A stretch of 64,000 bases of DNA from Octopus vulgaris (GCA_951406725.2 OX597824.1:71052001-71116000), one strand, 5' to 3'; counted from the first letter of the stretch, positions 38,301 to 52,106 are shown. The notes: a model not told the origin generated them from the sequence alone. Numbers and translations: made by a program.

Positions 38301-38850
38301 ATGTATGTTTATATGTATGTATGTAAGCATGCATAATATATAGGTAGTTAGCGATGTAGCAGAGTCGTTAGAGCATCTGATTAAATGCCTTTGGTGTATT
38401 TGTTCTGACTTCTTACGTTGTGAGTTCAAATTCCATCGAAATCAACTTTGCTTTTCATACCCGAGAGTGAAGAAAATAAAGCACAAGTTACGTTTAGGAG
38501 TCGATATAACTAACTTTTCCCCTTATTTGAACTTAAGACGGGCTGTGATTGGTGCAATGGAGAGAGACGATGAATCACAGCTTTCTATTTTGTAATTTGG
38601 CCTGTGTAACAGTAACAATCTTTATTTCTTTAAATCTAAAGTGTTATTGCTTAACAGTTGTCCTTGTTATTGTAACGGGTGGGTTGTTAACAGTACAGGG
38701 AGGGTTTTAAAAGTCCAAATACACGTTAAATAAAATCTGTAAATATGGTGTCCCTACTTCGCGGAAATTCAGTTATCGCGGCCAGCCTCGGAACCAATCT
38801 ACCCCGATAAACGAGGGATCACTGTATTATTGAATACCTTCCTTCTTTGT

Positions 38851-39105
38851 GAGAGCGCATGGCCTAGTGGGTAGAGTGTTGTACTCACGATCGCGAGATC
38901 TCTGTTTCAATTATCGGCCCGGACGGCTCGTTGCGTTCTTGAGCAAAATATATACTTCATCTCACGTTGCTCTGCGATCACTTCGCCGCCTGATGTGTGG
39001 ACACACCACGTATCCGTCGATTTGATGGAGGAAGTGAGCTAATGTACAGTGCTAACATTTGGTCAAATCGTTTGTGCAGGTTATTCAGCAAGAAATTGCA
39101 GAACT
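38851..39105 (+). mobile_element. Degenerate SINE with family-C-like tRNA head and a third tail type
   Basis: gcgcatggcctagtgggtagag...ctcacgatcg...ttcttgagcaaaa...cacgttgctc. Confidence 0.6.
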
Positions 39106-39267
39106 GTCTTCCTCGGACTGCGAGAGACTACCATTTTTATAGAAACTTCTCTCAAAATTCCTATTTTCTTTTTCACAAATTAATTTGTGTAGGTTGAAAT
39201 ATGTAAAATGGTAGAGAAAGAAACCTAGTCGTTTCTTGCAGTACATACCAATACATACATCTAAAGC

Positions 39268-39612
39268 AGGGATTCTCAACCAATTTTTATTTATGGACCT
39301 CGTTGATTACGATCTTATTCTGGTGGACCCCCCCCATTTGCATTCGATGTTTGAAACTATTTTATAGAAACTTCTTTCAAAATTCCTATTTTCTTTTTCA
39401 CAAATTAATTTGTGTAGGTTGAAATATGTAAAATGGTAGAGAGAGAGAAATCTAGTTGTTTCTTGCAATACATACATCTAAAGTAAAAATTTTCAGCGGA
39501 CCCTTAAAATATTATTGTGGAACCCCAATTTACTATTTTGTTGCGTGGAAACCCCCCACCAAATCCTATATTGACCCTCAGAAGCCATGTGGACCCCGGT
39601 TGAGAATCGCTG
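39268..39612. mobile_element. hAT-type MITE (TIR cagggattctcaacc / ggttgagaatcgctg)
   Basis: Short CAG..CTG TIRs, ggaccc subterminal repeats and nTnTAGAG-like 8-bp flanks. A second copy lies at 50136-50478. Confidence 0.8.
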
Positions 39613-40366
39613 GTTTAGAGATTTTGTCCAGTCCCGCTAGCTGTGAAAAGATATCATATTACGGAGTTGATTCATCGTGGACGTTTGTTCAGTAATTAAA
39701 AAAGCAAAATAAATAATCACGAGTGTCTTGTTGAGTGTCACTACCTTCTTTAAACTTGACTATAAATAGCTATCACATGTAATAAAACGCCAATATGATT
39801 TTCTTTTTAAATCCTGCCAGCCTACATGAACTCAAAATCTCTTTTGATTTCATGCCAATGAAAAATTGAATCGGGTGAAGGATACATCAGAGGAACTATT
39901 TCATAATTACTTGAAAGAACTGGAACGTATGTGGTGAAATAATGCATACGAACATTGTGGTGGTCAAGTATTTGAAAATATTCTTATTGTTATACGTGAA
40001 CAATACATTCTTTTTAATCGTTTATTTCTATCACTGATGAATTTTTGTGTGGTTAAAAGAAGCATGCTACGTTCAGTGCTAAAGGAAAATTACGACTTAG
40101 GAGTAACATAAGTAAAAAAAAAATAATTACTAAGGATTCTGTTTGGTTTGGTCTGTGTTACGGGAGGAAGTCCATGGGTAGGAGTGACACCATCAGTTAT
40201 TGCACCGGATAACACCAATCTCAGTGACGTCATTGATGTGAAATGAATTGGCTTCTGTCGGAAATGGAAACAAGCTCACTGACACGACTCCATATCGTTG
40301 CTTCCTTCTAGCTTTACATGATGTAAAATTAAATTATAAAAGTGATTATATATACAAGCACGGTGA

Positions 40367-40594
40367 CTCTTTACTCTTTTACTTGTTTCAGTCATTTGAC
40401 TGTGGTCATGCTGGAGCACCGTCTTTAGTCGAGAAAATCGACACAAGGACTAATTCTTTGTAAGCCTAGTACTTATTCTATTGGTCTGTTTTGCCGAACC
40501 GCTAAGTTACGGTTACGTAAACACACCAGCATCGGTTGTCATGCGATGTTGGGGGGGACAAACACAGACACACAAACACACATATATATAAATA

Positions 40595-40630
<36 letters not shown>

Positions 40631-40790
40631 CGACGGGATTCTTTCAGTTTCTGTCTACCAAATCCACTCACAAGGATTTGGTCGACCTGTGGCTATAGTA
40701 GAAGACACTCAAGGTGCCACGCAGTGGGACTGAACCCGGAACCATGTGGTTGGTAAACAAGCTACTTACCACACAGCCACTCCTACGCCT
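40367..40790 (-). mobile_element. SINE family B copy
   Basis: Full-length match. Confidence 0.88.
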
Positions 40791-41204
40791 GGTATAATCA
40801 TTTGAACATCAGCAGGGAAAAATAAACTTTACTATATTTGTTTCGTTTCTTTGCGTTCTAGTTCAAAGTGCCACTATGAACAACTTCTGTTTTCATCTCT
40901 TCGTTGTCGATGAAATAAAGTACAAATCAATTGATAGCCATGTGTCTAAATTTGAAACAAGTAAGTAGGTATCCAATATCAAACGTTATATGAGCTGATT
41001 CCAGATAAATAAAAAGAGAGAGAGAGCATGATACAAACCACGTATGTTTTATTGCTTACGAGATGATGGCGTTAATGATTACACCACAGAAGTCTGTTAA
41101 TATGTCTGCTCAAATTACTACAAACAATAATCCTATTCATCTAAATTAAAAGCTTCCATCGAGATTTTATGTTTTACGTACCAGATTGATAATCATTCCT
41201 ACTG

Positions 41205-41753
41205 GAAATTTTGGAAATGGGGATAGTCTATTACATCCGAAAGGATGACAGGCAAAGTTGCCCTCGGCGGAATTTGAACTCAGAACGTAAAGACAGACGA
41301 AATACAGCTAAGCATTTTGCCTGGCGAGCAAACGATTCTTATTTCTTTACACACAAGGGGCTAAACACAGAGGGGACAAACAAGGACAGACAAACGGAGT
41401 AAGTCGATTACATCGACTCCAGTGCGTAACTGGTACTTATTTCATCGACCCCGAAAGGATGAAAGGCAAAGTCGAACTCGGCGGAATTTGAACTCAAAAC
41501 GTAGCGGCAGACGAAATACCTATTTCTTTACTGCCCACAAGGGGCTAAACACAGAGATGACAAACAAGGACAGACAAACGTATTAAGTCGATTATATCGA
41601 CACCAGTGCGTAACTGGTACTTATTTAATCGACCCCGAAAGTATGAAAGGCAAAGTCGACCTCCGCGGAATTTGAACTCAGAACGTAGCGGCCGACGAAA
41701 TACCGCTAAGCATTTCGCCCGGCGTGCTAACGGTTCTACCAGCTCGCCGCCTT
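41205..41753 (-). mobile_element. Three nested or head-to-tail SINE-A copies
   Basis: The tail tatttcttta restarts at ~41340 and ~41521 inside the preceding copy's head. Confidence 0.85.
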
Positions 41754-41987
41754 ACACCAGGTTCCTAATGACAAATATATTTTACTAAAGTCTTCAACAA
41801 TTTAAACATTACAAATAAAGGCAATGTATTTGAACAGAATTATGGTAACAAAGCGGTTACTGTTATACCGGACCGGTTAGGACTGGATTACATAAAGAAA
41901 CAGCAAACCCTAGATAAAGAGGGGAAAAAAACTGATAAGAAAACAAAAATCAAGTGCCCTAATGGTAGAAATATTAGAGGAAAGAAG

Positions 41988-42198
41988 TACTCTTTTACTT
42001 GTTTCAGTCATTTGACTGCGGCCATGCTGTAGCACCGCCTTTAGTCGAGCAAATCGACCCCAGGACTTTGTAAGCCCAGTACTTATTCTATCGGTCTCTT
42101 TTGCCGAATCGCTAAGTTACGGGGACGTAAACACACCAGCATCGGTTGTCAGGCGATGTTGGGGGGACAAACACAGACACACAAACATATACACACAA

Positions 42199-42291
<93 letters not shown>

Positions 42292-42430
42292 TACGACGGG
42301 CTTCTTTCAGTTTCCGTCTACCAAATCCACTCACAAGGCTTTGGTCAGCCCGAGGCTATAGTAGAAGACACTTGCCCAAAGTGCCACGCAGTGGGAATGA
42401 ACCTGGAACCATGTGATTGGTAAGCAAGCC
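41988..42430 (-). mobile_element. SINE family B copy
   Basis: Near full-length match. Confidence 0.88.
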
Positions 42431-42811
42431 ACGAGTAACTTCAATGTATTCAGGACCGTTCCAATGTGTTCTTGTTTTTCACAGGGCTGTGATTTGGTGA
42501 AGCCTTGGCTGCTAATTAGAGAGCATCGAGGTTCCATCCTTGATGTGTTGGGTCAGGAGAATTATATAATGTGTTTGTGAGTGAGTCTTTCGCAACCAAT
42601 CAAATGGTTAGCCATTTTTTAATTATATATTTTTTTCCTTTTTTACCATTTTTGTTTTGTTCTTTAATCTTTGTGTGTGCGTGTAGCAGATGGAGAAGTT
42701 GTTCGGGCGTGGTAGTTATAATCCAAGACAAACAGTAATCTTTTTCGTCATCACCTTAGCCGAAATCTTTTGCTCCCATAACCCCAATATTCTGTAAGTA
42801 GGTAGGCTTAC

Positions 42812-43081
42812 AAACCGGATATTTTCTATTACGTCCCCGCCTCCATTGTTCACGTCCTTTCTCAATAATCTGAGCCTTCCCACCCGCCTCATTCTCCCTT
42901 GGTTTGTTCTTATAACTGAAAACAGGTACCGCAGCCAGCTGCCAGTTACTCTACAGAATGCTGACAACAACAATAACAAGAGAAACACTTGTGAATTCCG
43001 TGTTAATAAGAATGATAAGAGGCAATAAATTCTATTAATGGTAATCAGGTTATTATAAGAATGTTTGTTCTGTGATACCAT
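42812..43081 (-). CDS. WFDC1: WFDC1-like gene, probable first coding exon (signal peptide and basic pro-region), 90 codons
   Basis: ATG at 43081. Translates MVSQNKHSYNNLITINRIYCLLSFLLTRNSQVFLLLLLLSAFCRVTG-SWLRYLFSVIRTNQGRMRRVGRLRLLRKDVNNGGGDVIENIRF and ends at a TTT|gtaagc donor in phase 0, matching the phase-0 start of the WAP exon. The hydrophobic VFLLLLLLSAF core followed by VTG fits a signal peptide. Linkage across the 17-kb intron is inferred. Confidence 0.75.
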
Positions 43082-43152
43082 TATCTCTCTCTCTCCCTTC
43101 TTCCCTTTCTCTCTCCCCGTTTCTCTTACTTAGTGTCATCTTTCGTTCTCTG

Positions 43153-43160
43153 TTTATATA
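43153..43160 (-). promoter_or_regulatory. Candidate TATA box (TATATAAA) upstream of the WFDC1-like start codon
   Basis: gcgTATATAAAcag on the minus strand, ~75 nt upstream of ATG 43081. It lies next to TA/CA microsatellites, so it may be fortuitous. Confidence 0.25.
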
Positions 43161-43207
43161 CGCATATATACACACACATGTATACACAAATACATATATA
43201 TATTCCT

Positions 43208-43279
<72 letters not shown>

Positions 43280-43719
43280 ACACGTATATATATATATTTA
43301 AGCTTACGTCGATTCCTCAGTGCTCTTGTTTTGCATTTATAATAAAATAAATATATACAAATTATGAAAATAACAAAAAATATACAGTACTGTTTCTACT
43401 TCGCGGATTTTCACCAATCGCGGGGGGGAGCGGTTAGTCGAGGGATTATTGTATATATATATATATATATATATATGAAAAAACAAGTGAAGATAGAAAA
43501 TGCTAAAATAGTTCTATAAAGAACATTTCAGTACCGGTTTCGGTCATTTGAGACCTTTTCAACTGTAACAATTAAAAAATTAAATTTAGAAAAGTTTTTA
43601 AAAAGTTTTTTTAGAAGAATGTTTGTATAGTGTTCAAATATAAGTGGCATTTTCCTTGTTTCTGTCTCTCTTGTTTACTCTTGTGGGTTCAAGGTCCACA
43701 CATACACACACACGACTGA

Positions 43720-44020
43720 CTAGCACTCCGTCTGTTACGACAACGAGTGTTCCAGTTGATCCAATCAACGGAACAGCCTGCTCGTGAAATTAACGGGCAA
43801 GCGGGTGAGCACTCCACAAACACTCGTAGTTCTCAGGGAGATTCGGCGTGACACAGAATATGACAAGGCTGGCCCTTTGATTTATGGGTACAACTCCATT
43901 TTGCCAGCTGAGTGTACTCGAGCAACGTGAAATAAAGTGTCTTGCCCAAGGACGCAACGCACCGCCAGGAATCGAACTCACGGACTTGCGATCGTGAGCC
44001 GAATACCCTAACCACAGGGC
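43720..44020 (-). mobile_element. SINE family C copy
   Basis: Matches 25895-26223. Confidence 0.82.
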
Positions 44021-44454
44021 AACCTTTATATATATATATTCTCTTTTTTTTTACGACCAGTCCATCAGATGTAGTTACACATCGCTGGTCACAATGCGTT
44101 CGCATTGTTTTAGCCTTCGAATGACGCCACCCCGCTGGCTAAGCGAGCAGGCCAATATATATATATATATATATATACATATATATATTATATATGTAGT
44201 GGATCATGGCGTGGAGTCGATCCTCAATCGCCAAATTTCACTTAACAGTACAATGGACTTTTCTCATAGAGAAACATTAAGTTGACAAGAATGACATTCA
44301 ACAGATGTTTGTGTTTTTGCCACTCGACCCCTGGTAACCTTTTGTATGCGGTGGAGAATTAAATTGACAGAACAACAGACCTCCCAAAATACCTATTGTT
44401 TGGATAACGGTATATCTCTCTTTCTCGCGATCTTGCGATAATTATATATAGGGG

Positions 44455-45030
44455 CAAGGCAATTCCTCCCAACAGCACCGTGGGACGTTGGACGGAGGGC
44501 CCGGTTAAATTGCTAGAGGTCTGGTTTGGACCAGATCTCCAGATCGAGAAAAACTGGAGCGAGGTCACAGGCAAGGTGACAGCCATAACCCAGTCCTGGT
44601 CTGGGAGGTTGCTATTCTTGCTAGAGAGGGCCGAGGTTGCACGGGTGTTTGTAGCATCTGTGATAACCTACCGCCTAACCGTTTGCCTTGCCCCGGGGTG
44701 TGGCTGACCAAGCTGGAACGGATCCTTTTCCGCTTTTTGTGGAATGGGAAACCACCACTTGTGAGGCGCTCCATCTGCTGCCAAAAACCGTTAAAGGGTG
44801 GGTTAGGGATGCCTTGGCTGATGATGCGCATGTATGCGTTGATGCTGAGACATCTCTGGCTCTACCTGGCTGGTGAACGGGTGTGGTCACCGCATGTCAA
44901 GTTCTTCCTGCCACAATTGACATCCCTGTGGGACGTAGGCGCATGGATCACGCGGAGACCGAAAATGTGCGAATGGCAGAGGAAGTTGAGAGTAAATGGG
45001 GCCGCGCTAGTATAGCCGGTCTGAACGGAA
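44455..45030 (+). mobile_element. Tx1/L1-clade LINE ORF2 fragment (RT C-terminal region)
   Basis: WTEGPVKLLEVWFGPDLQIEKNWSEVTGKV...WSGRLL...ITYRLTV / LERILFRFLWNGKPPLVRRSICCQKPLKGGLGMPWL, with a frameshift. Confidence 0.85.
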
Positions 45031-45679
45031 AGAAGGAAAACAAACGGAAGAAAAAACAACAAAAAAAGTTATTATAAAAAGGAAAAAAAAGGAAAAAAAA
45101 AACCGGCGGGTCAAACACAAACCCGAAAAATATATCATCATTTAATTAATTTCGATTTCAATGTTCTGTATAAATTCATTCGATTTCATTATACCCGATT
45201 TTTAGACGAAGTAACTAATGTATAACCCCAGCCCTTAAATGTTTTTTGTTTTGTCCATGTGCTGTCCCCTCTGCGTAAGCCATTTATTGGTAATAAAGAG
45301 ATTAGTTAGTGAGAAGCGAGTCTGGCTGACCGGCTGAACAAAACGCCGGCTCTGAAGGAAAAGGTACAAAGAGACAACTATGGTACTTTCAACGAAGCAG
45401 TTGTTTCGTCCCACAACTCTCATTTTCATTAATTCACTTTATTTTCTCGGTAACATTACCATCTCTCTCTATATATACTACTATGAGATTGTGTACACAC
45501 ATACCGGCCGAAATTAACTCTGTTTACCTCGCATGCTTTTCCATTTATTAATTATACATATCAACCCGTCGTGGTTTTGGATATATAGAGTAACGGTAAA
45601 TAAATATTTCTTTAAAACTTCGATCGCTCTTCTTCTTCCATCTAGCATACTGGCAACCAACACCTTAACAACAACCGTT

Positions 45680-45717
<38 letters not shown>

Positions 45718-45913
45718 TCTTACTCTTTTACACGTTTCAGTTATTTGACTGCAACCATGTTGGAGCACCGCCTTTAGTCGAACAAATCGACCCCAGGACT
45801 TATTCTTTGTAAGCCTAGTAATTATTCTATCGACCACTTTTGCCGAACTGCTAAGTTTCGGGGACATAAAAAGACCAAAATCGGTTGTCAAGCGATGGTG
45901 GGGGGACAAACAT

Positions 45914-45946
<33 letters not shown>

Positions 45947-46220
45947 TATATATATAACGCAAAACATTCAAATAGACGATACGAAAACGGACGAGTCATT
46001 CGAAGCCTCTAACCTTCAGTCAAAAACCGGATCATCCTCGCAATTTCGGCTGATTAATCTTGAGATTGATGGGCGTCTTTCAGTTTCCGTCTACCAAATC
46101 CACTCACAAGGCTTTGGTCGGCCCGAGGCTATGGAAAAAGACACTTGCCCGGGGTGCTACGCAATGGGACTGAACCCGGAACCATGTGATTGGGAAGCAA
46201 GCTTCTTACCTCACAGCCAC
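45718..46220 (-). mobile_element. SINE family B with a ~110-bp Penelope-like insert at its microsatellite
   Basis: The SINE halves are separated by non-SINE sequence at ~45957-46068. Confidence 0.75.
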
Positions 46221-47602
46221 GCAGAGATTGGCATGACGATGATGTTCCAGCATAATGTGATGGAAATTAGTAATTAAAATAGCAGTAATCTTAGCCAGAC
46301 ATAACAATACTAAACCAGACCAGCATTCTAAATAACCGAGACAAGCGTTACTCATACCAACATCCATCATCATCATCATTCATTATCATATACGGCAGCA
46401 TGTACGATATCAAGTACAATAAGAACAGACAAGGACATTAAGGATTAAAAGAGAATGACTAGGAAAGAGAGAGGGTGGGAGGGAAAGGAAGAGGGAGACA
46501 GACAGCGATGCCACTCATAGACAACTACAATAGTTACAGCATTACTAACAGCTAAAATAACAGACAAGCATTTCAGGCAGCTTCATTATCAACAGAAATA
46601 AATGATTAACATATATAGAAGAAAGACTGATAGGAATGAGAATAAGATGGATGTGCTTGCATATATGTCCTATGTATGTATATATGTTTACTTGTGTGTA
46701 AGATCTGTTCATATCTAAGTGAGAGAATATATATATATGTGTGTGTGAGTTCATGTGTGTAAGTGTGTGTGTGTATGAATATGTATGTATGTAAATATGT
46801 ATGTATATACGTATATAGAACAATCTTACTTAGAAATGGATGCGTGCGTTCCGTCATATAATAAATTAATAAATAAAACATGATGCATATATACATACAT
46901 ATATGTACGTTCCTACCTCTACATGTATATATACATGCATATATGGGTACAGGACACCAAAAAAAAACGTCGAACACAATGAAAAACGAAAACATAAACA
47001 CAAAACCAAGGAAATGGACATTTTTCTTAAACAACGAAAAAATAGAGTACAGGACATGCAATACAAGGAAAATTCCCCTTCTTTAGTCGCCTTTGTTTCA
47101 TCTACTCCGCGTTACAGAGAAAGAGAGAGATTTAATATTCGCAGACAACGAATACGAGACCCCAGTATGAGGCAGATACTACTTAAGGGACGCATAAACA
47201 TATGTACCAAAAATAAGTCTCCCAAGTTCCAAGTCTTTCCACTTTACCTTTCTTCTGTCAATACCACAGACCAAGCAGAGATAAACAAAGAAAATATATT
47301 CATAGAAAAATACAAGCCAATACTGAATAAACTTTAATAAACTACATTCACGAACAAACTATTCACACACAAACTCATTCTACTGTTTGACATGTTGAAT
47401 TTATACAGCTAACAACCTAAACTTTGGGCACAATTATGACGTACAAAATAAGCGTTGAATGATTAGAAAAAGGGCATTTAATAGCTAAATTTGTTATATA
47501 TGCAACAAAACCACTTTAAACCAAGAGCCCTTTGCCAAGTTCAATCTTATGAGAATAAAGGACACTCAGAACAACGACACCACAAGATCCTTAAACTGGA
47601 AG

Positions 47603-48171
47603 TATTGGGTTGTCCGGAAAGTTCGTGCCGATTTTTAAAGGAAAGAAAAGGTCAATAAATACTTGCCATTACATTTTTAATCAACCAAATATGAACAGTT
47701 TTGTTGCACAATGCGTTTCCACCTTTCCTTTAACTTGAAAATACCCTCTTCCCAGAATTGAGGTGGTTTAATGGCAAAGAATTCATCAAGGTATCATTTT
47801 ACGTCATCCAAGGAATTGAAATTTTTACCATTAAGACTATTCTTCAGAGACCTGAATAAGTGGAAATCCGAAGGAGCAATATCTGGTGAATATGGAGGGT
47901 GGTGTAACACATCCAAGCCGAGCTGCAGCAATTTTTGTCTGGTTCCCAAAGCATCAAGTGCCGAAAATGAACTTTCTTATCTTCTATTTTAAAGGGTTAC
48001 AAAATTAACACAGGTTATAGGAACATAAACCTTCTTCCACGAAAAGATAGCTTAAACTGTGCTCTAAATGGAGGTGTAGTCAAATCCTATTTTATGGACT
48101 CAACCATGTTCTAAAATAAGTTGAAAGGTAAGCTACTATAAATCGGCATGAACTTTCCGGACAACCCAATA
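47603..48171 (-). mobile_element. Internally deleted mariner element, TA TSD
   Basis: TIRs ttgggttgtccggaaagttcgtgccgattt / aaatcggcatgaactttccggacaacccaa. The minus strand reads HPPYSPDIAPSDFHLFRSLKNSLNGKNF...FWEEGIFKLKERWKRIVQQN (YSPDLAP motif). Confidence 0.92.
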
Positions 48172-48626
48172 TATCAAATATATGTTTCCATCATCAGCTG
48201 CAACAAAACGTCCATGACCTTTGAAATCCTTTACTTGAATTAGAATCTCAATGAAGGACAACTCCAAAACCACGAGAACATAGATACAAAAGGATTTCAG
48301 ATAACAACACACACAAATAAACACGTACATCAATCGTATACACCCCAGCATCAGCTGTCGAACGAATATCATTATGGTTTCGACAAACAGTTAAACTTAT
48401 AATATACGTTTCTACTCATCATTCAGTTAACTAAACGAGTTGTCGGTGTTTTAAGGAAGTACAATGATAGTAGAAGTACAAAGTAGTTATCTGCCTTTAA
48501 TGCACCTTTCAGTAGGATGGACAAACAGAGAGAGATAGAGAAACATTGCCAATTATATATTGGTTTATATTCTTTTTAACTTTTAATGTCTATTTGGTTT
48601 ATTTCTTGATTGTGCAATTACTATAT

Positions 48627-49026
48627 CTATATATATAAATCTGAAGTTGTCTGTGTGTGTGTGGCAGGTTTGGTATCCTTCAACTAACATTATCTCCTCC
48701 GAGACCCTGCGGCACAAGTTGGCCAAAATTAAGAGTATGATAGAAGAAGGCTTGCTCTTCATTCCGTAGAAGAAAAAAATTCAAATCGGACCATGTTAAC
48801 AGCAAAAATTATTTACATCAAAAAGGTGCTTCTTTTCTATGAAAATCCCTATTTCTTACGATTTTTTGACTGCTGTGTCGCCATTTTTCAGTGTATTTCA
48901 ACCAGGAAAATGTTCACTTAAAACGAATAACAAGCTACATAATGCAAAATTTTTACTTTTCAAAAATTCCAATTCTAAAAGATCGAAAAGAAAACAAACC
49001 CGAACAACGCCGGGCTATACAGCTAG
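48627..49026 (+). mobile_element. Non-autonomous Helitron
   Basis: a|TCTATATATATAAA start, cccgaacaacgccggg hairpin, and CTAG|t end. Confidence 0.78.
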
Positions 49027-50135
49027 TAATTATATGTTTATTATATAGCTCATAACGTAAGATCTAGATCGTGAAAATTTCCTTTTAAGTTTATAAGGAT
49101 TCTTTTTTTTTTTCTTATCGTAATTGTTTATTGCGTATTGTGAACCTAATAAAATGGTATTCATTTTACTATATTATCTAATATAAATATTAATAAAACG
49201 ACATCCTATACAACAGAAAATTCACAATGACGACATCTTGATATCTTGAGCTTACCATTATTTAGCAAGTTTACTGCATATGCCTTTTCCAATCTCTCTG
49301 CTTTAAATATGTTAATTCATGCTAGTTCAAATTCTTTATTGCCCGCCCACAAGGGGCCATATTCATGCTAGTTCATGCAGATGGCGTCTCTGGATTATAT
49401 CATTTCATGTTTCACAAAAGAGTGAGAGAGAGGGATTATTTCAATTGAGCAGTAACTTATTGTAAGTAGTGTTTCTATCTTCCATATTTTCGTGCACTAT
49501 CCCGCACTATGAATTTTCCGTGCATAAGAGCCTGTTATGGTAAATTATTTTATGGAAATTACAAAAGGAGGAAGGACTTATAAACTGTAATTTATTTTGT
49601 AACTTTGTGCATCATTAGTAATGTTTTAGCTTAATGAAAGCATTGTGTTTTCTATACATGTACTAATCCCAGCAAATATTTTTCGATAAATTTTGCTTAA
49701 AATATAATTATTTTCCATGATTTAAATGTTTTATTTCTAAAATAAACACCTAGCGCCGCCACCCCATTTGCAGCTCTTTTGTAAACTCACAATGATCCCA
49801 AGAGGACGCTACTGTCTAGAATGTTAGTGTGAAGCAACAGCAGAGCACACACTTGAGTATTGCTCGAGTCTATGGAGAAGTTCTCAAGTGTGGTCTTTAT
49901 TAAAGCTTTTGAAGAGGGTTATATAACCATTTGTGACTACTCTGTTGCTTTCAGCTACGAGGAAATAATCGAATGAATAACAGGAAGTTGATTATTTGAT
50001 ATGGAGGTCACACGGAACGCTACATTCCAGTTTCAATTGCTTACACTAATAAGACAACTGCAGCACGTTGCATCTTCAACAGTTGTAGCTAATCTAGTTG
50101 GAAGTTTGTCGGATTTCTAACTTGAGGGTTTGGAG

Positions 50136-50478
50136 CAGGGGTTCTCAACCATTCTTTAACTAAGGACCTTTTTTATTACTATTTTACTCTGGTGGACCCC
50201 TACAGCCATTTGGTGCTTAAAAGCTATTTTTATAGAAACTTCTTTCAAAATTCCTATTTTGTTTTTCACAAATTAATTTGTGTAGGTCGAAATATGTAAA
50301 ATGGCAGAGAAAGAAATCTAGTTGTTTCTTGCAATACATACATCTAAAGTAAAATTTTTCAGGGGACTCTTAAAATATTATTGTGGATCCCCAATTTACT
50401 ATTTTGTTGCGTGGAAACCCCCCACCAAATCTTATATTGACCCTCAGAAGCCATGTGGACTCCGATTGAGAATCGCTG
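50136..50478. mobile_element. hAT-type MITE, second copy, 8-bp TSD gtttggag/gtttagag
   Basis: Highly similar to 39268-39612. Confidence 0.8.
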
Positions 50479-50744
50479 GTTTAGAGATTTCGTCCAGTCC
50501 CTCTAGCTGTGAAAAGATATCCTATTACGGAGTTGATTCATCGTGGACGTTTGTTCAGTAATTAAAAAAGCAAAATAAATAATCACGAGTGTCTTGTTGA
50601 GTGTCACTTCTTTAAGTGTAGCCGGCATAGCACTTAGGCTCTTGTTGCTGTTGCTATTCAACCCCAGGCTATTCTTGATCAAGCAGACGTAAGATCGACA
50701 GCATTCTAGATGTGACCATACCATCATTTTTCCTTACTCTTACT

Positions 50745-51646
50745 CTCTCTCTCTTTTACTTGTTTCAGTCATTTGACTGCGGCCATGCTGGAGCACCGCC
50801 TTTAGTCGAGCAAATCGACTCCGGGACTTATTTTTTTGTAAGCCCAGTACTTATTCTATCGGTCTCTTTTGCCGAACCGCTAAGTGACGGGGATGTAAAC
50901 ACACCAGCATCGGTTGTCAAGCAATGCTAGGGGGACAAACACAGACACACAAACATACACACACATACATATATATATACATATATACGACAGGCTTCTT
51001 TCAGTTTCCGTCTACCAAATCCACTCACAAGGCATTGGTCGGCCCGAGGCTATAGCAGAAGACACTTGCCCAAGATGCCACGCAGTGGGACTGAACCCTG
51101 AACCATGTGATTGGTAAACAAGCTACTTACCACATAGCCACTCCTGCGCCCTCTTTTTTTTTTTTTATTTAGATACTATGTCGAGGACTATATCATCTGT
51201 TCCGATGATTTTTCTTTTCTTTTTCTTTTACTTGTTTCAGTCATTTGACTGCGGCCATGCTGGAGCACCGCCTTTAGTCGAGCAAATCGACCCCGGGACT
51301 TATTCTTTGTAAGCCCAGTACTTATTCTATCGGTCTCTTTTTGCCGAACCGCTAAGTGACGGGGATGTAAACACACCAGCACACAAACACACACACATAT
51401 ATATATATATACATATACATATATACGACAGGCTTCTTTCAGTTTCTGTCTACCAAATCCACTCACAAGGCATTGGTCGGCCCGGGGCTATAGCAGAAGA
51501 CACTTGCCCAAGATGCCACGCAGTGGGACTGAACCCGGAACCATGTGATTGGTAAACAAGCTACTTACCACATAGCCACACCTGCGCCTTCTTTTTTTTT
51601 TATTTAGATACTATGTCGAGGACTATATCATCTGTTCCGATGATTT
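50745..51646 (-). repeat. Tandem duplication of a SINE-B together with ~60 bp of unique flank
   Basis: tttatttagatactatgtcgaggactatatcatctgttccgatgattt follows both copies (~51165-51211 and ~51600-51646). Confidence 0.88.
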
Positions 51647-51723
51647 GAGTAATATTTCAAGTTATTTCTATCAGCTAACTGTTCTTGGAGTAGGTGTAAC
51701 TTTGATGTGAGGTGTCTAGGATG

Positions 51724-52106
51724 TACAGTTGCGTCAGAAATTAATTAGCACTTCTCAAATTTCTACATTAAATAGGTTAAATCAATTAACCTATGAGCTG
51801 TTCAAAACGTCTTACGCGATGAGAAAACTTAGTATGGTGTGATTTCGGTCCTTGCGAGGCGCTACCTATATCTATTAAACAAAGGAAGTTTGTCTGCATC
51901 CGCACTCCAAGTTGTTGTTGCACTGCTATGTCAACATCATAAGGCTGTAGACTCTCAAACTGCTCTGCAAACAAAGTTACGTCATCGTTCTGCGCAACAG
52001 TGAACTCGCAACAAAGCAATAGTTCGATATATGGCCACTAGGTGACAGCACATACCTTGAGTGAAGAGCAAATCAAGGGTGCTAATTAATTTCTGACGGT
52101 AGTGTA
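51724..52106. mobile_element. Tc1-like MITE, TA TSD
   Basis: ta|cagttgcgtcagaaattaattagcac ... gtgctaattaatttctgacggtagtg|ta. Confidence 0.8.
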
